A stretch of DNA of 64,000 nt from Chloroflexota bacterium. Lineage in GTDB: Bacteria > Chloroflexota > Chloroflexia > QHBQ01 > JADMIH01. Below are positions 19,297 through 30,235 of the stretch, one piece after another (within the stretch, counting starts at the first letter, position 1; each line of letters starts with the position of its first letter). The notes beneath the pieces are model-generated. The model was not told the DNA's origin. It saw only the letters and a program-made list of their open reading frames with translations, and did not search any database. The translations under genes and the position numbers were made by a program. The stretch spans positions 23,416-87,415 of the forward strand of contig JBDTQH010000015.1 of the NCBI GenBank assembly GCA_039932335.1, written 5' to 3'.

Positions 19297-20418
19297 TCAG
19301 CGATATGGCCTGATACCGGCTACGAAACGAGTGCCCCAGAACGGATCGAGCAGGCTAACGTAGCGCACGCCCAGCCTCTCGCTCCGCGCCGCAATCATCA
19401 TATTGTTACCTGCATAGATACCCACATGTGTGATACCCGGCTCCTCTGTGGTGTCCTCAAAGAAGACCAGATCGCCGGGAACAAGGGCGCTGGTGCTGCG
19501 GATGACGCGCCCATATCTGCTGCTGAACTGCTGGGTCGACCCTCCCGGCAGCCAGACGCCTAGCTGGCGATAGACATACCATGTCAGCCCCGAACAGTCG
19601 AAGCCGCTTGGATTGGAACCACCCCAGACATAGCGAGCACCAAGATGCTTCTCCGCGAGCCTTACCGCGTCATTCGATGCTGAGGTGGGTACATTACTTC
19701 CGCCATACATGTCCGGTATCCAGTCCAGCGGTACGTACTCGGCGGCTACCCAGCCAATATTCCCCCTGGACGTGCGAACGTTATACCACGCGTCCTCTAT
19801 CGCCAGCACCTCCAGCACAGTGCTATCGCTCAGCCTGGCCGAAATGGGATAGCCGGTTCCGGGGCCGGTACGCATGTTCACCACTCCAACCGTGGCCGCG
19901 CTACCAATACTCTTCGGCTGCTCACCGGACACCGTCTGCGTAACAGTAAAGAAGTCGGTGCTTACCCAGCCCTCTGCCGCCCATGGTGTCACTATGCGAT
20001 ACCAGCCGTCCTGCTCATCCAGGATCTGTGACGGCGTATCAACAGGAAGTTGAGCAAGTATCCGGTAGTCGGTGCCGGGACCTGACCGCATGTTGACACT
20101 ATCGTCCGTGGTAATTCCGGTGCGGGCGGAAGCGGGAAATGTGCTGGAAGCCGGTGCAAACGCGAATGCGAGCAGAGATGCTGTAGGCTGCTGCCGGAAG
20201 GCTAACTGCTCGCCTGCTGCTCCGCCAGTATTCTGGGTTGCCATAAGAGTCAGCGTGCGGCTTTGTGGGCTGAGGTCAGGGATGCTGCCGAGGCCGCTTG
20301 ATGGAGCAGTGGTGCTTACGCTACCCGCCACCACGAGCAAGCAGCCTGCAGCAGCGCGTGCAATGATCGCAAGCCGGCGTCGATGTAATGGTTCAGTAAG
20401 GCTTCGATGCAGTCTCAC
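19297..20418 (-). CDS. Secreted NlpC/P60 peptidoglycan endopeptidase with two SH3b domains
   Basis: C-terminal GFDCSGLTWYVYRQLG...HVGIY (Cys-His catalytic core); two bacterial SH3-like modules; signal peptide. Confidence 0.85.
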   Translation of the reverse strand: MRLHRSLTEPLHRRRLAIIARAAAGCLLVVAGSVSTTAPSSGLGSIPDLSPQSRTLTLMATQNTGGAAGEQLAFRQQPTASLLAFAFAPASSTFPASARTGITTDDSVNMRSGPGTDYRILAQLPVDTPSQILDEQDGWYRIVTPWAAEGWVSTDFFTVTQTVSGEQPKSIGSAATVGVVNMRTGPGTGYPISARLSDSTVLEVLAIEDAWYNVRTSRGNIGWVAAEYVPLDWIPDMYGGSNVPTSASNDAVRLAEKHLGARYVWGGSNPSGFDCSGLTWYVYRQLGVWLPGGSTQQFSSRYGRVIRSTSALVPGDLVFFEDTTEEPGITHVGIYAGNNMMIAARSERLGVRYVSLLDPFWGTRFVAGIRPYR

Positions 20419-20428
20419 ACCGCTTCTC

Positions 20429-21223
20429 CTATCTTGTTACACGCAGCCAACCGCCATCAATATAGTATGTTGAGCCCACACAGTAGCTAGCCCGTGGCGA
20501 ACAGAGAAAGACAAACAGGTTGGCGATCTCCTCGGGCGCGGCAAATCTCCCTATAGGTGCGTTGTCCCGGGCAATCTGGTCTAGATATTCTTCCCAGGTG
20601 ATGTCCTTATCTTGCGTCAGCAATTTAGCCGTCTTCTGCCAATCCGGTGTCATTACCAAACCGGGGTTGACAGCATTCACCCTGATATTGAAGGGAATAA
20701 GCTCATTGGCAAGGCACTTGGAGAACATGACCAGGGCCGCTTTGGTGACGTTATATATAGGCTCGTAGCCCAGGGGTTGGGTGGCGCAGATAGAGGCGTT
20801 ATGCAGGATCACCCCGCTGCCCCGCTGCTGCATGAGCGGTGCCAGCGCTCGCGAGAGACGTACGGCTGCCATAACATGCAGCTCCCAGTAATACTGCCAC
20901 CGCTCATCCGGTGCGTTCATGACCGTCTCATCGCTGCCGGTCCCTGCGTTATTGATTAATATATCTATCCCGCCAAACTCCCGCTGGATCGCGGCGGAAA
21001 TTCGATCAATGTCCTCTGCCTTGCTCACATCGGAGGGCACACCGACGGCGCGCACACCGTACTCATCGGCAATAGCGCGTGCGACCTGCGATACACGCTC
21101 CTCGTTTCGGGCGCACAGCACTACATTGGCGCCTTCTGCGGCAAGCCCACGGGCGATGGCAAGGCCAATGCCCACGCTGCCGCCTGTGATGGCAGCAACT
21201 TTATCCTTCAGACCAAGGTCCAT
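20429..21223 (-). CDS. SDR-family oxidoreductase
   Basis: TGGSVGIGLAIA Rossmann motif and a YxxxK region; start at MDLGLKDK preceded by AAGGGGG. Confidence 0.9.
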   Translation of the reverse strand: MDLGLKDKVAAITGGSVGIGLAIARGLAAEGANVVLCARNEERVSQVARAIADEYGVRAVGVPSDVSKAEDIDRISAAIQREFGGIDILINNAGTGSDETVMNAPDERWQYYWELHVMAAVRLSRALAPLMQQRGSGVILHNASICATQPLGYEPIYNVTKAALVMFSKCLANELIPFNIRVNAVNPGLVMTPDWQKTAKLLTQDKDITWEEYLDQIARDNAPIGRFAAPEEIANLFVFLCSPRASYCVGSTYYIDGGWLRVTR

Positions 21224-21453
21224 AGATATGACCCCCTTCAGGTTAGGCGTGGTTACGCTCCAAGATCGCAACTATAGCTGTAGATTGGCGCAATAGCGTC
21301 ATTCTATCCGGCGCATACAGACCCATTCTAAGGCACACCGAGCAAAGTAGCTAGAGCAAATTACGGGCGATCTACAATGAAGTCCTTGGTGGTCACTCGC
21401 GCGGCCGGCATGACTCTTCACGCGCTCCCATAGGGGATAACGGCAGCATAAAG

Positions 21454-21503
21454 GCATGAAGTAACAGCGGTCAAAGATTAGCTCAACCGCTGCTATTCAT
21501 GCC
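21454..21503 (-). terminator. Imperfect hairpin downstream of xylA
   Basis: ggcatgaagtaacagcggt ... accgctgctattcatgcc. Confidence 0.4.
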
Positions 21504-21523
21504 TAAGATGCGATATTCTTGCC

Positions 21524-22690
21524 CTAGCGGACGCCGAGCAGAAGTTCCATCACCAGTTGGTCCAACTCCTCGTAGCGGCGGCCCCTCTGGGCTAGCCCGC
21601 CGGTGTCGAACTGCCGGTCCTTTAGCTTTGCAGCCGTCTCAGAATTGTAGGCAGTGGCTGTGGGCCCATCGTAGCTGTTGTCGCCCTCTCGCAGGTCGGA
21701 CAGTAGTGCCTGGATATCCGCGTCTGCCTGGAAGCGCTGGACTTTATCCTTGAGAATGAGGTAGGAGCGCATGCAGCCTGTGGCAAAGGCCTTCACCCCG
21801 TCCGCGTCCTCGGTTCTGTAGGCGTGCGCGTCGAAGTGGCGTGACCCTTCATAGCCGCTCTCTTCCAGCAGCTTGACCACGAAGAACGCTCTCTTGGGAC
21901 TCTCCGAAGCGAAGCGGAAGTCCTGGTCATAACGACCGATCACCTGGTCATTAAGGTCGATATGGAAGAGCTTGCCGGCCTCTATAGCCTGGGCCACGCC
22001 ATGCACGAAGTTCAGCCCGGCCATCGTCTCGTGAGCAAACTCCGGGTTGACGCCCACCATCTCCGGGTGGTCAAGGGTGGTTATGAAGAAGAGAGCGTGG
22101 CCCACAGTAGGTAGATAGATGTCGCCTCGCGGCTCATTGGGTTTGGGCTCCAGCGCGAATCTCATTCCGTAGTTCTGGTCGTTTGCATATTCGCACAGGA
22201 AGTTGATCGCGTCCCGGAAATACTTTATGGCGTCTCGCGGATCCCGGTAGGCATCCGTTTCCGTGCCCTCGCGCCCGCCCCAGAAGACATAGGTTTTGGC
22301 GCCAAGCTCAGCGCCCAGGTCGATGGCGCGCATGGTCTTCTGCAACGCAAAGGCGCGCACCGCCGCATCCGATGAGGTGAAAGCACCGTCGCGAAAGATG
22401 GGATGGGTGAAGAGATTGGTGGTGGCCATAGGCACGACCAGCCCTGTCTGCTCGAGCGCCTGCTTGAAGTCGCGCACTATACGGTCGCGCTCGGCAGGCG
22501 TAGCGTCAAACGGCACCAGGTCGTTGTCATGGAAGTTTACGCCATATGCGCCAACCTCGGCAAGCAAATGAACAATATCGACAGGAGAGATTGGCTGCCG
22601 CACAGGCTCGCCAAAGGGATCGCGGCCGATATTGCCGACCGTCCATAGGCCAAAGGTGAATTTATCTTCCGGTCTGGGTGTGAAGTCCAC
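21524..22690 (-). CDS. xylA: Xylose isomerase (class I, actinobacterial type)
   Basis: 388 aa, closely resembles Streptomyces/Arthrobacter XylA ([31 protein letters not shown]). Confidence 0.95.
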   Translation of the reverse strand: MDFTPRPEDKFTFGLWTVGNIGRDPFGEPVRQPISPVDIVHLLAEVGAYGVNFHDNDLVPFDATPAERDRIVRDFKQALEQTGLVVPMATTNLFTHPIFRDGAFTSSDAAVRAFALQKTMRAIDLGAELGAKTYVFWGGREGTETDAYRDPRDAIKYFRDAINFLCEYANDQNYGMRFALEPKPNEPRGDIYLPTVGHALFFITTLDHPEMVGVNPEFAHETMAGLNFVHGVAQAIEAGKLFHIDLNDQVIGRYDQDFRFASESPKRAFFVVKLLEESGYEGSRHFDAHAYRTEDADGVKAFATGCMRSYLILKDKVQRFQADADIQALLSDLREGDNSYDGPTATAYNSETAAKLKDRQFDTGGLAQRGRRYEELDQLVMELLLGVR

Positions 22691-22728
22691 AGTAAACTCC
22701 TTTGTTTCTTTGTATGGTTCAACAGCAA

Positions 22729-25104
22729 TCAGCTTATTGCTACACAGGTTGCCACAATATCACGCTGCCTGTACTCTACGACATCGCCGCCCAGTGTCGC
22801 CACTTGCTCTGACCGGATGTCGGCAGAGGATGCGCCCACCGAGAAGGTGAAGTCGCCAGGCTCGGTTACAAAGCGCATCTGCGGGTCGTAAAAAGCCAGT
22901 CGCGAGGGGTGCACCGTGAACGTCACGCGCCGGGTCCGGCCGGGATCAAGCGGCACGCGAACAAAGCCGATAAGCGCGCGGTCGCTCCGTGCTACCGAGG
23001 CAATGTTATCGCGGTAGTATAACTGCACAATCTCATTGCCCGCACGCTCCCCGGCGTTGCTTATTTCGACCGACACCTCAAGCGGTGCTGCCGTCGTAGA
23101 CGCCTTAACTTCGATATTCGAGTAGTGGAAGCTTGTATAGCTCAGTCCGTGCCCGAAGGGGAAGAGTGGGGTCGCGGGAGAGTCTATATAATCGTCAAAG
23201 AACATCGGACGGTCGCCGCCCGCCCGATGGCCGTAGAAAATCGGCACCTGACCGACCGTGCGTGGCATCGTGACAGGCAAGCGGCCCGACGGATTTACCG
23301 CGCCGCTAAGCACCGCTGCAAGCCCGCTGCCCCCTTCCTCACCTGGAGGAAATAGCTGAATTAAGGCGTTCGCCTGCGCCGCCACCCTCGCCAGCGTGTG
23401 CACGCGACCGCTCAGCACGACCACCACGAGCGGCTTTCCCGTGGCGGCCACCGCATCGATAAGCTCTTGCTGGACGCCGGTCAGATCGAGGTTGACCGCG
23501 TCGTTGCCCTCGCCCACTGTGGAGGGCCTCAGCAGCCCGCTCTTGCCCGCCACCACCACTATGGCTACATCGGCTTCGCGCGCTGCCTCAACTGCCGCCT
23601 CGAAGCCCGATCTGTCCTCGCCCAGCACCTCGCAGCCCTTCGCGTAACCCACCTCGACGTTATCACCCAGCGCGGCACGCAAACCGGCCAGCGGCGTTAC
23701 ATGCGGCGTGTAGTGCGGCCCCGGTGCGTATGCCCCACCCGCTCGCGGCAGCAGATTGCCTTCGCCAATATTGCTGAGAGGTGACGCCTGTTCAGCCGCG
23801 GCATAGATCATTTCGATGTGGGCAGGGTAATGGTAATCCCCTTGTAATAGACGTTGGTCGTCGGCTCCCGGCCCGATAAGCGCGACGCGTCTCGTCGAGG
23901 GCGATAGTGGTAGCACGCCATCGTTGCTGAGCAGGATCACCGACTTTGCAACGACCTCAGCAGCAAGGGCGCGCTGCTCTCGCGTCTGGAACTTCGCGCT
24001 CGCGGCCTCGGGGTCAACATACGGGTTCTCGAAGAGGCCCAGCTTGAACTTCATTGCCAGCACGCGCCTCACTGAGGTATCGAGCAATTCCATCGACACC
24101 CGCCCGGCGTCTATCTCGGCCCTGAGTGGTGCGCCATAGAAATCGGTGGCAGGCAGTTCCATGTCGAGACCGGCAGCCAACGCCATCGCGGCCGCTTCAC
24201 CTCGAGTCGCGGCCACCCGGTGGAATGAGAGAAGTTGCGAGATGGAGAAATAGTCAGCCACAACCGCGCCGTCGAAGCCCAGTTCGCCGCGCAGCAGTTC
24301 AGTCAGGATAGCATAGCTACCTGCACACGGAATGCCGTCAATCGAGGCATAGGAGTTCATTATGGACAGGATACCGGCATCGCGAATAACGGCGGCGAAC
24401 GGCTCGGCGTACACCTCGCGCAGTTCGCGCGGTCCCAGCTGGACCGGGTTCCAGTTGCGTCCACCCTCGGATACGGCATAGGCCAGAAAGTGCTTGGCCG
24501 TGGCGCCAACGCCGTTGCGCAGGTCACCGGTTTGGAGGCCGCGAACATAAGCCACACCCAGCGTGCCGCTCAACACTGGGTCTTCACCGTAAGTTTCCTC
24601 GACACGGCCCCAGCGTGGGTCGCGCGCTATATCAAGCACAGGCGCGAGTCCGAGGCGAGCGCCCACAGCCAGCATCTGCTCGCGAATCACCCCGGCCACC
24701 CGCTCAAGGAGTGGAGCGTCCCAGGTGGCAGCGAGACCGATACCCTGCGGAAAGACAGTCGCGTCACGCTGCAATAAGCCGCCGACCGACTCCTCGTGGA
24801 CGAAGATCGGAATGCCGAGCCTTGTGCGCTCAACGGCCACCTGCTGAATCGCGTTCATAAGGGCGGCGCTCTCACGGGGCCGCAGTCCGGTCGAGGCACC
24901 GATACGGGTTACTTGCCCGATACCGTGCGGCATCCTTGAGGCGGCGAAGTCAGGGTCAAAGTCCCCGCCTGTCACGAGCGAGGTGCTCCAGACGCACCCA
25001 AGTTGAGCGACCTTTTCCTCGACGCTCATTTGCCCGAGCAGATCCTCAACGCGTTGGTCGAGAGGCAAAGTTGGGTCCTTATAGCTAAGTTGTGAAATCG
25101 ACAT
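22729..25104 (-). CDS. Glycoside hydrolase family 3 (beta-xylosidase/beta-glucosidase-like) with a C-terminal Fn3-like domain
   Basis: GH3 N- and C-domains ([12 protein letters not shown], SDxxxI regions); its position next to xylA suggests xyloside cleavage. Confidence 0.9.
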   Translation of the reverse strand: MSISQLSYKDPTLPLDQRVEDLLGQMSVEEKVAQLGCVWSTSLVTGGDFDPDFAASRMPHGIGQVTRIGASTGLRPRESAALMNAIQQVAVERTRLGIPIFVHEESVGGLLQRDATVFPQGIGLAATWDAPLLERVAGVIREQMLAVGARLGLAPVLDIARDPRWGRVEETYGEDPVLSGTLGVAYVRGLQTGDLRNGVGATAKHFLAYAVSEGGRNWNPVQLGPRELREVYAEPFAAVIRDAGILSIMNSYASIDGIPCAGSYAILTELLRGELGFDGAVVADYFSISQLLSFHRVAATRGEAAAMALAAGLDMELPATDFYGAPLRAEIDAGRVSMELLDTSVRRVLAMKFKLGLFENPYVDPEAASAKFQTREQRALAAEVVAKSVILLSNDGVLPLSPSTRRVALIGPGADDQRLLQGDYHYPAHIEMIYAAAEQASPLSNIGEGNLLPRAGGAYAPGPHYTPHVTPLAGLRAALGDNVEVGYAKGCEVLGEDRSGFEAAVEAAREADVAIVVVAGKSGLLRPSTVGEGNDAVNLDLTGVQQELIDAVAATGKPLVVVVLSGRVHTLARVAAQANALIQLFPPGEEGGSGLAAVLSGAVNPSGRLPVTMPRTVGQVPIFYGHRAGGDRPMFFDDYIDSPATPLFPFGHGLSYTSFHYSNIEVKASTTAAPLEVSVEISNAGERAGNEIVQLYYRDNIASVARSDRALIGFVRVPLDPGRTRRVTFTVHPSRLAFYDPQMRFVTEPGDFTFSVGASSADIRSEQVATLGGDVVEYRQRDIVATCVAIS

Positions 25105-25152
25105 ATTAGTCCTTCTTGCGCGTTGGCCACGCATCCATAGGTTGCACGTTGC

Positions 25153-26034
25153 CTATCCCTTGACGGCACCCGCGGTGAGGCCGGAAACGATGTGGCGCTC
25201 GGCCAGCAAATAAAAGACGATGGTTGGAACAAGTGCTAGCGAGATAAATGCCAGCACTTTGGACCAGTCGGTTCCGAACTGGCCCTGGTACTGCATGATG
25301 CCCAGCGGCAGTGTGTACAGGTTTTCGTGGTTGAGCACCAGCAGGGGCAGGAAGTAGTTATTCCAGCTTGCCACCATTGTCAGCACCACCACAGCAGCCA
25401 GGGATGGACGCACCAGCGGCAAGAGCACACGCCAGAAGAAACCTATGTAGCTGCAGCCGTCGATGATCGCGGCCTCCTCTATCTCGACCGGCACGGCAGC
25501 GAAAAAGCCGCGCAAGATCAGAATGTTGCCCGGCAAGCCGAAAGCGATCTGCGGCAGGATGATGCCCCACAGGTTGTCTATCAGGTTAGCCTGGCGCAAG
25601 GTGATATAGAGCGGCAGGATCGCCACCGTGAGTGGAAAGAGCAGCCCTAATGTAAAGAAGTTGAAGAGCACTTCCCGGCCACGAAAGTTCATGCGAGAAA
25701 AAACGTACGCAGGCATGCTCGCCAGCAGCACCACACCGGCCGCCGTCGCCAGCATTACAAGGGTACTGTTGCCAAGCTGCTGCCAGAAAGAGGGGCTTTC
25801 CAGCACGAGCTGGTAGTTGGTCAACTGAAATGGGTTGGGCCATGTGAACGGGCTGGTCACCAGATCAGGTGTGGTTTTGAAGCCGCCAAGCACGGCTGTG
25901 CCGAGCGGTACAAGCACCATCAGGGCAATGAAAAGACAGATGCCGATCTTGACAAGCTGGAGCGCAGCGCGAGCAGGATTCGCCTGCCTGGGAGGCGTGG
26001 TCACGGATGCTCTTACTGCCGGTACTGTAGACAT
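25153..26034 (-). CDS. Carbohydrate ABC transporter permease (MalG/SugB-like)
   Basis: 6 TM; EAAxIDG motif (EEAAIIDGCS); start at MSTVPAV with GGAGGGAGG RBS. Confidence 0.9.
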   Translation of the reverse strand: MSTVPAVRASVTTPPRQANPARAALQLVKIGICLFIALMVLVPLGTAVLGGFKTTPDLVTSPFTWPNPFQLTNYQLVLESPSFWQQLGNSTLVMLATAAGVVLLASMPAYVFSRMNFRGREVLFNFFTLGLLFPLTVAILPLYITLRQANLIDNLWGIILPQIAFGLPGNILILRGFFAAVPVEIEEAAIIDGCSYIGFFWRVLLPLVRPSLAAVVVLTMVASWNNYFLPLLVLNHENLYTLPLGIMQYQGQFGTDWSKVLAFISLALVPTIVFYLLAERHIVSGLTAGAVKG

Positions 26035-26048
26035 GGTAGACCTCCCTC

Positions 26049-26996
26049 CTACAGGTTCTGGTAATCGCGCCGCATGACATAGCGCTGGTAGACGATTGAG
26101 AAAACAAGGCATATTGCGAACAGCACTACGCCCACGGCGCTGCCGTAGCCTATAGCGAAGTTCTTGAAGCCAAACCTGTATATATAGGTCGCCATTGTCT
26201 GGCTGGAGTTCACCGGGCCGCCGGCCGTCATGACCCATATCAGGTCAAAGATCTGTAGCGAACCCAGCACCGACAGAAAGAGCGAGAGGCGCAGAGTAGG
26301 TGCAAGCAGTGGGACCGTGACGTGGCGAATCACCTGAGCGGGGCTCGCCCCATCAATGATAGCTGCTTCCTCCAGCTCCGCGGGGATGTTTTGCAACCCT
26401 GCCATGTAGAGGATGAGGTAAAGCCCGAAGTACTTCCACGAGATAACCACGAAGAGGGCGAACATTACCATTTTGGTGTCGCCCAGCCAGCCTTGCGGCT
26501 CAAAGCCGGGGAACACGGAGAGGATATTGTTCAGCAAACCGACCTGCGGGTTGAAGATGAACGACCAGAGCACGCCCGTGATTACTTCGGAGAGAACATA
26601 AGGCAGGAAGAAGATCACCCGGAATATCCTGCGGCCGGGCAGGTTCTGCCTGATGAGGAGCGCCAGGCCGAGGGCCAGCGGCAACTGCACCAGCGCCGAT
26701 AGCGCAACAATGAGCAGGTTATTGCCAAGCGCCCGCATGAAAATACCATCGCGAAAGACCTGGACATAGTTATCCAGGCCGGTAAAGTTTTCCATGGGTC
26801 CCAGGCCGTTCCAGCGGAAGAAGCTGAAGTGCAGCGCCTGGATAATCGGCAGCAACACCAGCCCGAAGTAGATCAATGCAGGCGGCAGCAGGAAGATGAC
26901 TATGACGACGACCTTTTGCAGATCGAACCGCCTGCTCGTGCTCTTAGGCGTGGCGCTCACTGCCACAGCAGTCTGTGGCCTGGAAAGCAGGTTCAT
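26049..26996 (-). CDS. Carbohydrate ABC transporter permease (MalF/SugA-like)
   Basis: 6 TM; EAAxIDG motif (EEAAIIDGAS). Confidence 0.9.
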   Translation of the reverse strand: MNLLSRPQTAVAVSATPKSTSRRFDLQKVVVIVIFLLPPALIYFGLVLLPIIQALHFSFFRWNGLGPMENFTGLDNYVQVFRDGIFMRALGNNLLIVALSALVQLPLALGLALLIRQNLPGRRIFRVIFFLPYVLSEVITGVLWSFIFNPQVGLLNNILSVFPGFEPQGWLGDTKMVMFALFVVISWKYFGLYLILYMAGLQNIPAELEEAAIIDGASPAQVIRHVTVPLLAPTLRLSLFLSVLGSLQIFDLIWVMTAGGPVNSSQTMATYIYRFGFKNFAIGYGSAVGVVLFAICLVFSIVYQRYVMRRDYQNL

Positions 26997-27166
26997 AAAG
27001 CTGGCCTTTCAGGGATCACGCGTGACAGGTCACGAGCCGTAAGCAGCTGGCATAGAGCCGGACCGGCAGCTCCCACTCCCACATGGGTAGAGGAAGCTGC
27101 AAGCCCTGACTCTTATTGCCAGTCACAGGCTACTAACAACTGTCAACCGGTCACGCCAAACCCGGA

Positions 27167-28588
27167 TCACTTGTTGCTTGCCACAGACTCGTCAATGGCC
27201 TTGGCTACAGCGTCAGGAGCTCCAGATCCCGCGAAGATGGTCGCGGTCTGGTCGTTCACCATCTGCCCCACAGCCGGGCTCATGTACTGGTCGTAGTATA
27301 GCTGGTAGTACTTGGCCGCCGCGACCCGCTGAGCCACATCCTGCATGATAGGATCGGTCAGCGACTTCTCAGCGCCCTTGACCACCGGCAGAACCGCAGT
27401 ATTTGCAGCCGCCATAGCCGACTGGTTTTCGAGACTGGTCAAATAGCGCACAAAGTCTATCGTCTCAGGCGGGGCGTTCTTGCCGATAGCAAAGCCGTCA
27501 GCGCCGCCCAGCACGTCGCCGGGATCACCCGCGCCGCCCTCTACAGACGGGAAGGGGAAGAAACCGAGGTTATCGTTGTAGGCCTTGACATCTGTCGCCA
27601 CAGCGCGGTCAGCACCCGGTGCCCACTGCCCCATCAACTCCATCGCGGCCTTACCGTTAGCCATCAGCGCCTGCTGATCAGGGTACGAAGCGCCCAGGAA
27701 GCCGGTCTGGAACGGTTGCAGATCAACCAATTGCTTGAGTGTGGTGCCGGCGTCAACGAATGCCTTGTCATTGAAAGAGCCGGTGCGGTCATACGCCTTC
27801 TGGAAAGCAGAGCTGCCGCCCAGGCGTGTCGCGAGGTACTCCCACCAGAATGCGCCCGGCCATTCATCCTTACCGCCAATTGCGATCGGGGTGATGTTGG
27901 CAGCTTTCAGTTTCTTTACGTCGTCAAGAAGGGCGGTCCAGGTTTCGGGTGGGGCGTCGATGCCGGCCTGCTTGAATAGGGCCTTGTTGTACCAGAAGCC
28001 GACCATACCGGCTTCCCACGGCACGCCGTAGTTTTTATCACCGACCTTATAGAGGCCGAGCGGCGCGGACTGGAAAGTGTCGCCCCAGCCGTTTTGCCCC
28101 AGCGCCGAGGTCAGGTCTTGCACCAGGCCGGCCTGCGCGTACTGAGTGAGCACGCCGCCGCCCCAGCTCTGGAAGAGATCGGGTGGGTTGCCCGACTGCA
28201 TAGAGGTTGCCAGCTTGGACTTGAAGGCTTCGTTCTCCAACACTGTGATCTCTATTGAGACGTTGGGGTGGTCTTTCACATATTTATCGGCGAGGTTTTG
28301 CCAGTTGGCTCTCTGGTCGGGGGCGGTGCTGATGTGCCACCACACGATCTTTGTCGAGCCATTGCCCAGGGTAACGGGACCAGGTGTCTCGGTCGCCGCT
28401 GCTGCAGGTGCTGCGGTATCTGTCGCCACAGCGCCCGCCATAACTGTGTCGGTGGGCTGTACACTTGCAGCGGTAGGCGCTGCTGTCGGGGTGGCCGCCT
28501 CGCCACCGCATGCGGCGAGTAACGGTAGGAGCAAGAGCAGAACGCCAACCCTGGCCGATGAACGGAGCAACAATGCTAGTAGTTTCAT
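27167..28588 (-). CDS. Extracellular sugar-binding protein, lipoprotein (family 1 SBP)
   Basis: Lipobox LLAACGG followed by an Ala/Thr/Pro linker and an SBP fold; start at MKLLALLL with GGAGGAAAG RBS. Confidence 0.9.
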   Translation of the reverse strand: MKLLALLLRSSARVGVLLLLLPLLAACGGEAATPTAAPTAASVQPTDTVMAGAVATDTAAPAAAATETPGPVTLGNGSTKIVWWHISTAPDQRANWQNLADKYVKDHPNVSIEITVLENEAFKSKLATSMQSGNPPDLFQSWGGGVLTQYAQAGLVQDLTSALGQNGWGDTFQSAPLGLYKVGDKNYGVPWEAGMVGFWYNKALFKQAGIDAPPETWTALLDDVKKLKAANITPIAIGGKDEWPGAFWWEYLATRLGGSSAFQKAYDRTGSFNDKAFVDAGTTLKQLVDLQPFQTGFLGASYPDQQALMANGKAAMELMGQWAPGADRAVATDVKAYNDNLGFFPFPSVEGGAGDPGDVLGGADGFAIGKNAPPETIDFVRYLTSLENQSAMAAANTAVLPVVKGAEKSLTDPIMQDVAQRVAAAKYYQLYYDQYMSPAVGQMVNDQTATIFAGSGAPDAVAKAIDESVASNK

Positions 28589-28772
28589 GACTGTCTTTCC
28601 TCCAGATGAGTCTAATTCCTTAACGGGTTGTTTGATAGCCTCAATGCATATTGTGTTCTTCTGTTCCTCCTCTCCTCCTCCCTCATTGGGAGTAGCTTGT
28701 GTGCCTGTTGTCTTCCGTTTCCCGAGAAGTAAAACAAAGCGGCTGGTGGATCGACTACTTCTCATCTATCCT

Positions 28773-28786
28773 TGTAATCGCTTACA
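28773..28786. promoter_or_regulatory. LacI-family operator (TGTAATCGCTTACA)
   Basis: 14-bp near-palindrome in the promoter region of the SBP-permease-GH3-xylA operon. Confidence 0.6.
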
Positions 28787-28812
28787 GAACGCTCAAAGCG
28801 GTGTTACTTCTG

Positions 28813-28826
28813 TGTAAGCGCTTACA
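28813..28826. promoter_or_regulatory. LacI-family operator (TGTAAGCGCTTACA, perfect palindrome)
   Basis: Perfect 14-bp palindrome 27 nt from the first site. Confidence 0.65.
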
Positions 28827-28898
28827 TGATTAGCTGCAAAAGCCTTCTTCCGATAAGAGCCAATTGAACAACCGGCCTGTAGTTGGCGTGTGTCTACG

Positions 28899-29924
28899 TC
28901 AGGCGCGGGGTGGTCGGCACGATTGCCGTACTACTAACGAGGTGGGCAGTGTCACGGGCTGTATATCTGCCTGCGGGTCCGCGATCAATTTCAACAGCAT
29001 CTGAGTAGCTACCCGACCCATCTCTTCCAGCGGCTGGCGAATAGTGGTGAGCGGGGGATAGACTAGTGCCGCTTGCTGTATGTCGTCGAAGCCGATAATC
29101 GAGAGGTCGTCGGGTATGCTCAACCCACTGTCACGCGCCGCCTCCATTACACCCAGGGCCATAACATCGTTGGAGGCAAAAACAGCAGTGGGCCGTTCCC
29201 GTAGTGATAGCAGCGCGCGCCCGGCGACAAAGCCGGAGGGCTGGCCGAAATCGCCCGGGCTAACGAGGTGCGCATCGAAAGGTATGTCATTGTCGGCGAG
29301 AGCCTGGCGGTAACCTTCCAGGCGATCAGTTGCGCAGGCCAGATCGAGTGTGCCTGCGACAAAACCGATCCTCCGGTGTCCCAGGCCGATCAAATACCGG
29401 GTGGCATCGTACCCGCCTTGCCGGTTAGTCGCACCAACCGAGTGCTCGGTGTCGCCCCTACCCTGGTGGTCAATCAAGATGCAGGGGAATTCACGCGCCC
29501 GCAACGAGTCGAGGTACTGCTCGGAGTTGCGTGGCAGCAACAGCAACAGTCCGTCGGCCATACCGCGTGTGATGGTGGCGACGTAAGCCGACTCCTTCAG
29601 CTTGCGGCGGTGGGTGGTATAGAGCATGAGATCGTAGTTCGCGGCCTCAAGCTCGGCGTCAATGCCGCGCAGGATCTCGTCTGTATAGCCCGTGCTGAGT
29701 CCGTGCAGCAACAGCCCGATCACCTGAGAGCGTCCACCTGCAAGGCTGCGGGCTTGCTGGTTGGCAACAAACCCAAGGCGGTCCACAACCTGCATCACTG
29801 CTACGCGCGTCTCCGGCTTGACGTGATCGCGGTTATTGAGCACACGAGACACAGTACCATAGGAGACACCGGCCTCCCGTGCAACATCAAAGATTGTTAC
29901 CGCATTCTTGCTCTGATCATCCAT
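28899..29924 (-). CDS. LacI-family transcriptional regulator
   Basis: HTH TIFDVAREAGVSYGTVSRVLN plus a periplasmic-binding-like effector domain. Confidence 0.9.
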   Translation of the reverse strand: MDDQSKNAVTIFDVAREAGVSYGTVSRVLNNRDHVKPETRVAVMQVVDRLGFVANQQARSLAGGRSQVIGLLLHGLSTGYTDEILRGIDAELEAANYDLMLYTTHRRKLKESAYVATITRGMADGLLLLLPRNSEQYLDSLRAREFPCILIDHQGRGDTEHSVGATNRQGGYDATRYLIGLGHRRIGFVAGTLDLACATDRLEGYRQALADNDIPFDAHLVSPGDFGQPSGFVAGRALLSLRERPTAVFASNDVMALGVMEAARDSGLSIPDDLSIIGFDDIQQAALVYPPLTTIRQPLEEMGRVATQMLLKLIADPQADIQPVTLPTSLVVRQSCRPPRA

Positions 29925-30014
29925 GCTCGCTCAACCTGTGCAGAGATTGACCTATTGTGCCGCGACTGCAGGGTGTCATGATTGCCCGACAGCTAAACGG
30001 AAGAAAACCGTCGC

Positions 30015-30042
30015 TGTAAGCGATTACATGTAATCGCTTACA
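30015..30042. promoter_or_regulatory. Double LacI-type operator (TGTAAGCGATTACA|TGTAATCGCTTACA) upstream of the lacI-family gene
   Basis: 28-bp composite palindrome about 90 nt upstream of the regulator start; suggests autoregulation. Confidence 0.6.
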
Positions 30043-30194
30043 GCGATAGTAGCACACGTTGGCGGCACTGTCAATACCCAAAACAAAGGAAAATGTTCAG
30101 ATTTAGGGTGGAGCAAAGTGACATCCAGGTAAGCCGAGCCCCTCCCACGTGTGGCAGGGGAGCAGTAATTAGGGTGTGAAGAATGAGGGACACC

Positions 30195-30235
30195 CCCATA
30201 CCCTCGGACAGGGAGTGCCCTGTCAACCCCTTTAC
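30195..30235. repeat. GTTGAC...CTCCCTGTCCG(G)GG dispersed element (inverted copy); contains palindrome gacaggg-agtg-ccctgtc
   Basis: Related to two tandem copies at 44210-44300. Confidence 0.6.

Noticed and set aside
25153-26238. A longer N-terminal extension of the MalG-like permease (start at 26238)
   Set aside because: The extension overlaps the upstream permease stop. The internal ATG at 26034 has a strong GGAGGGAGG RBS and gives a typical permease length.
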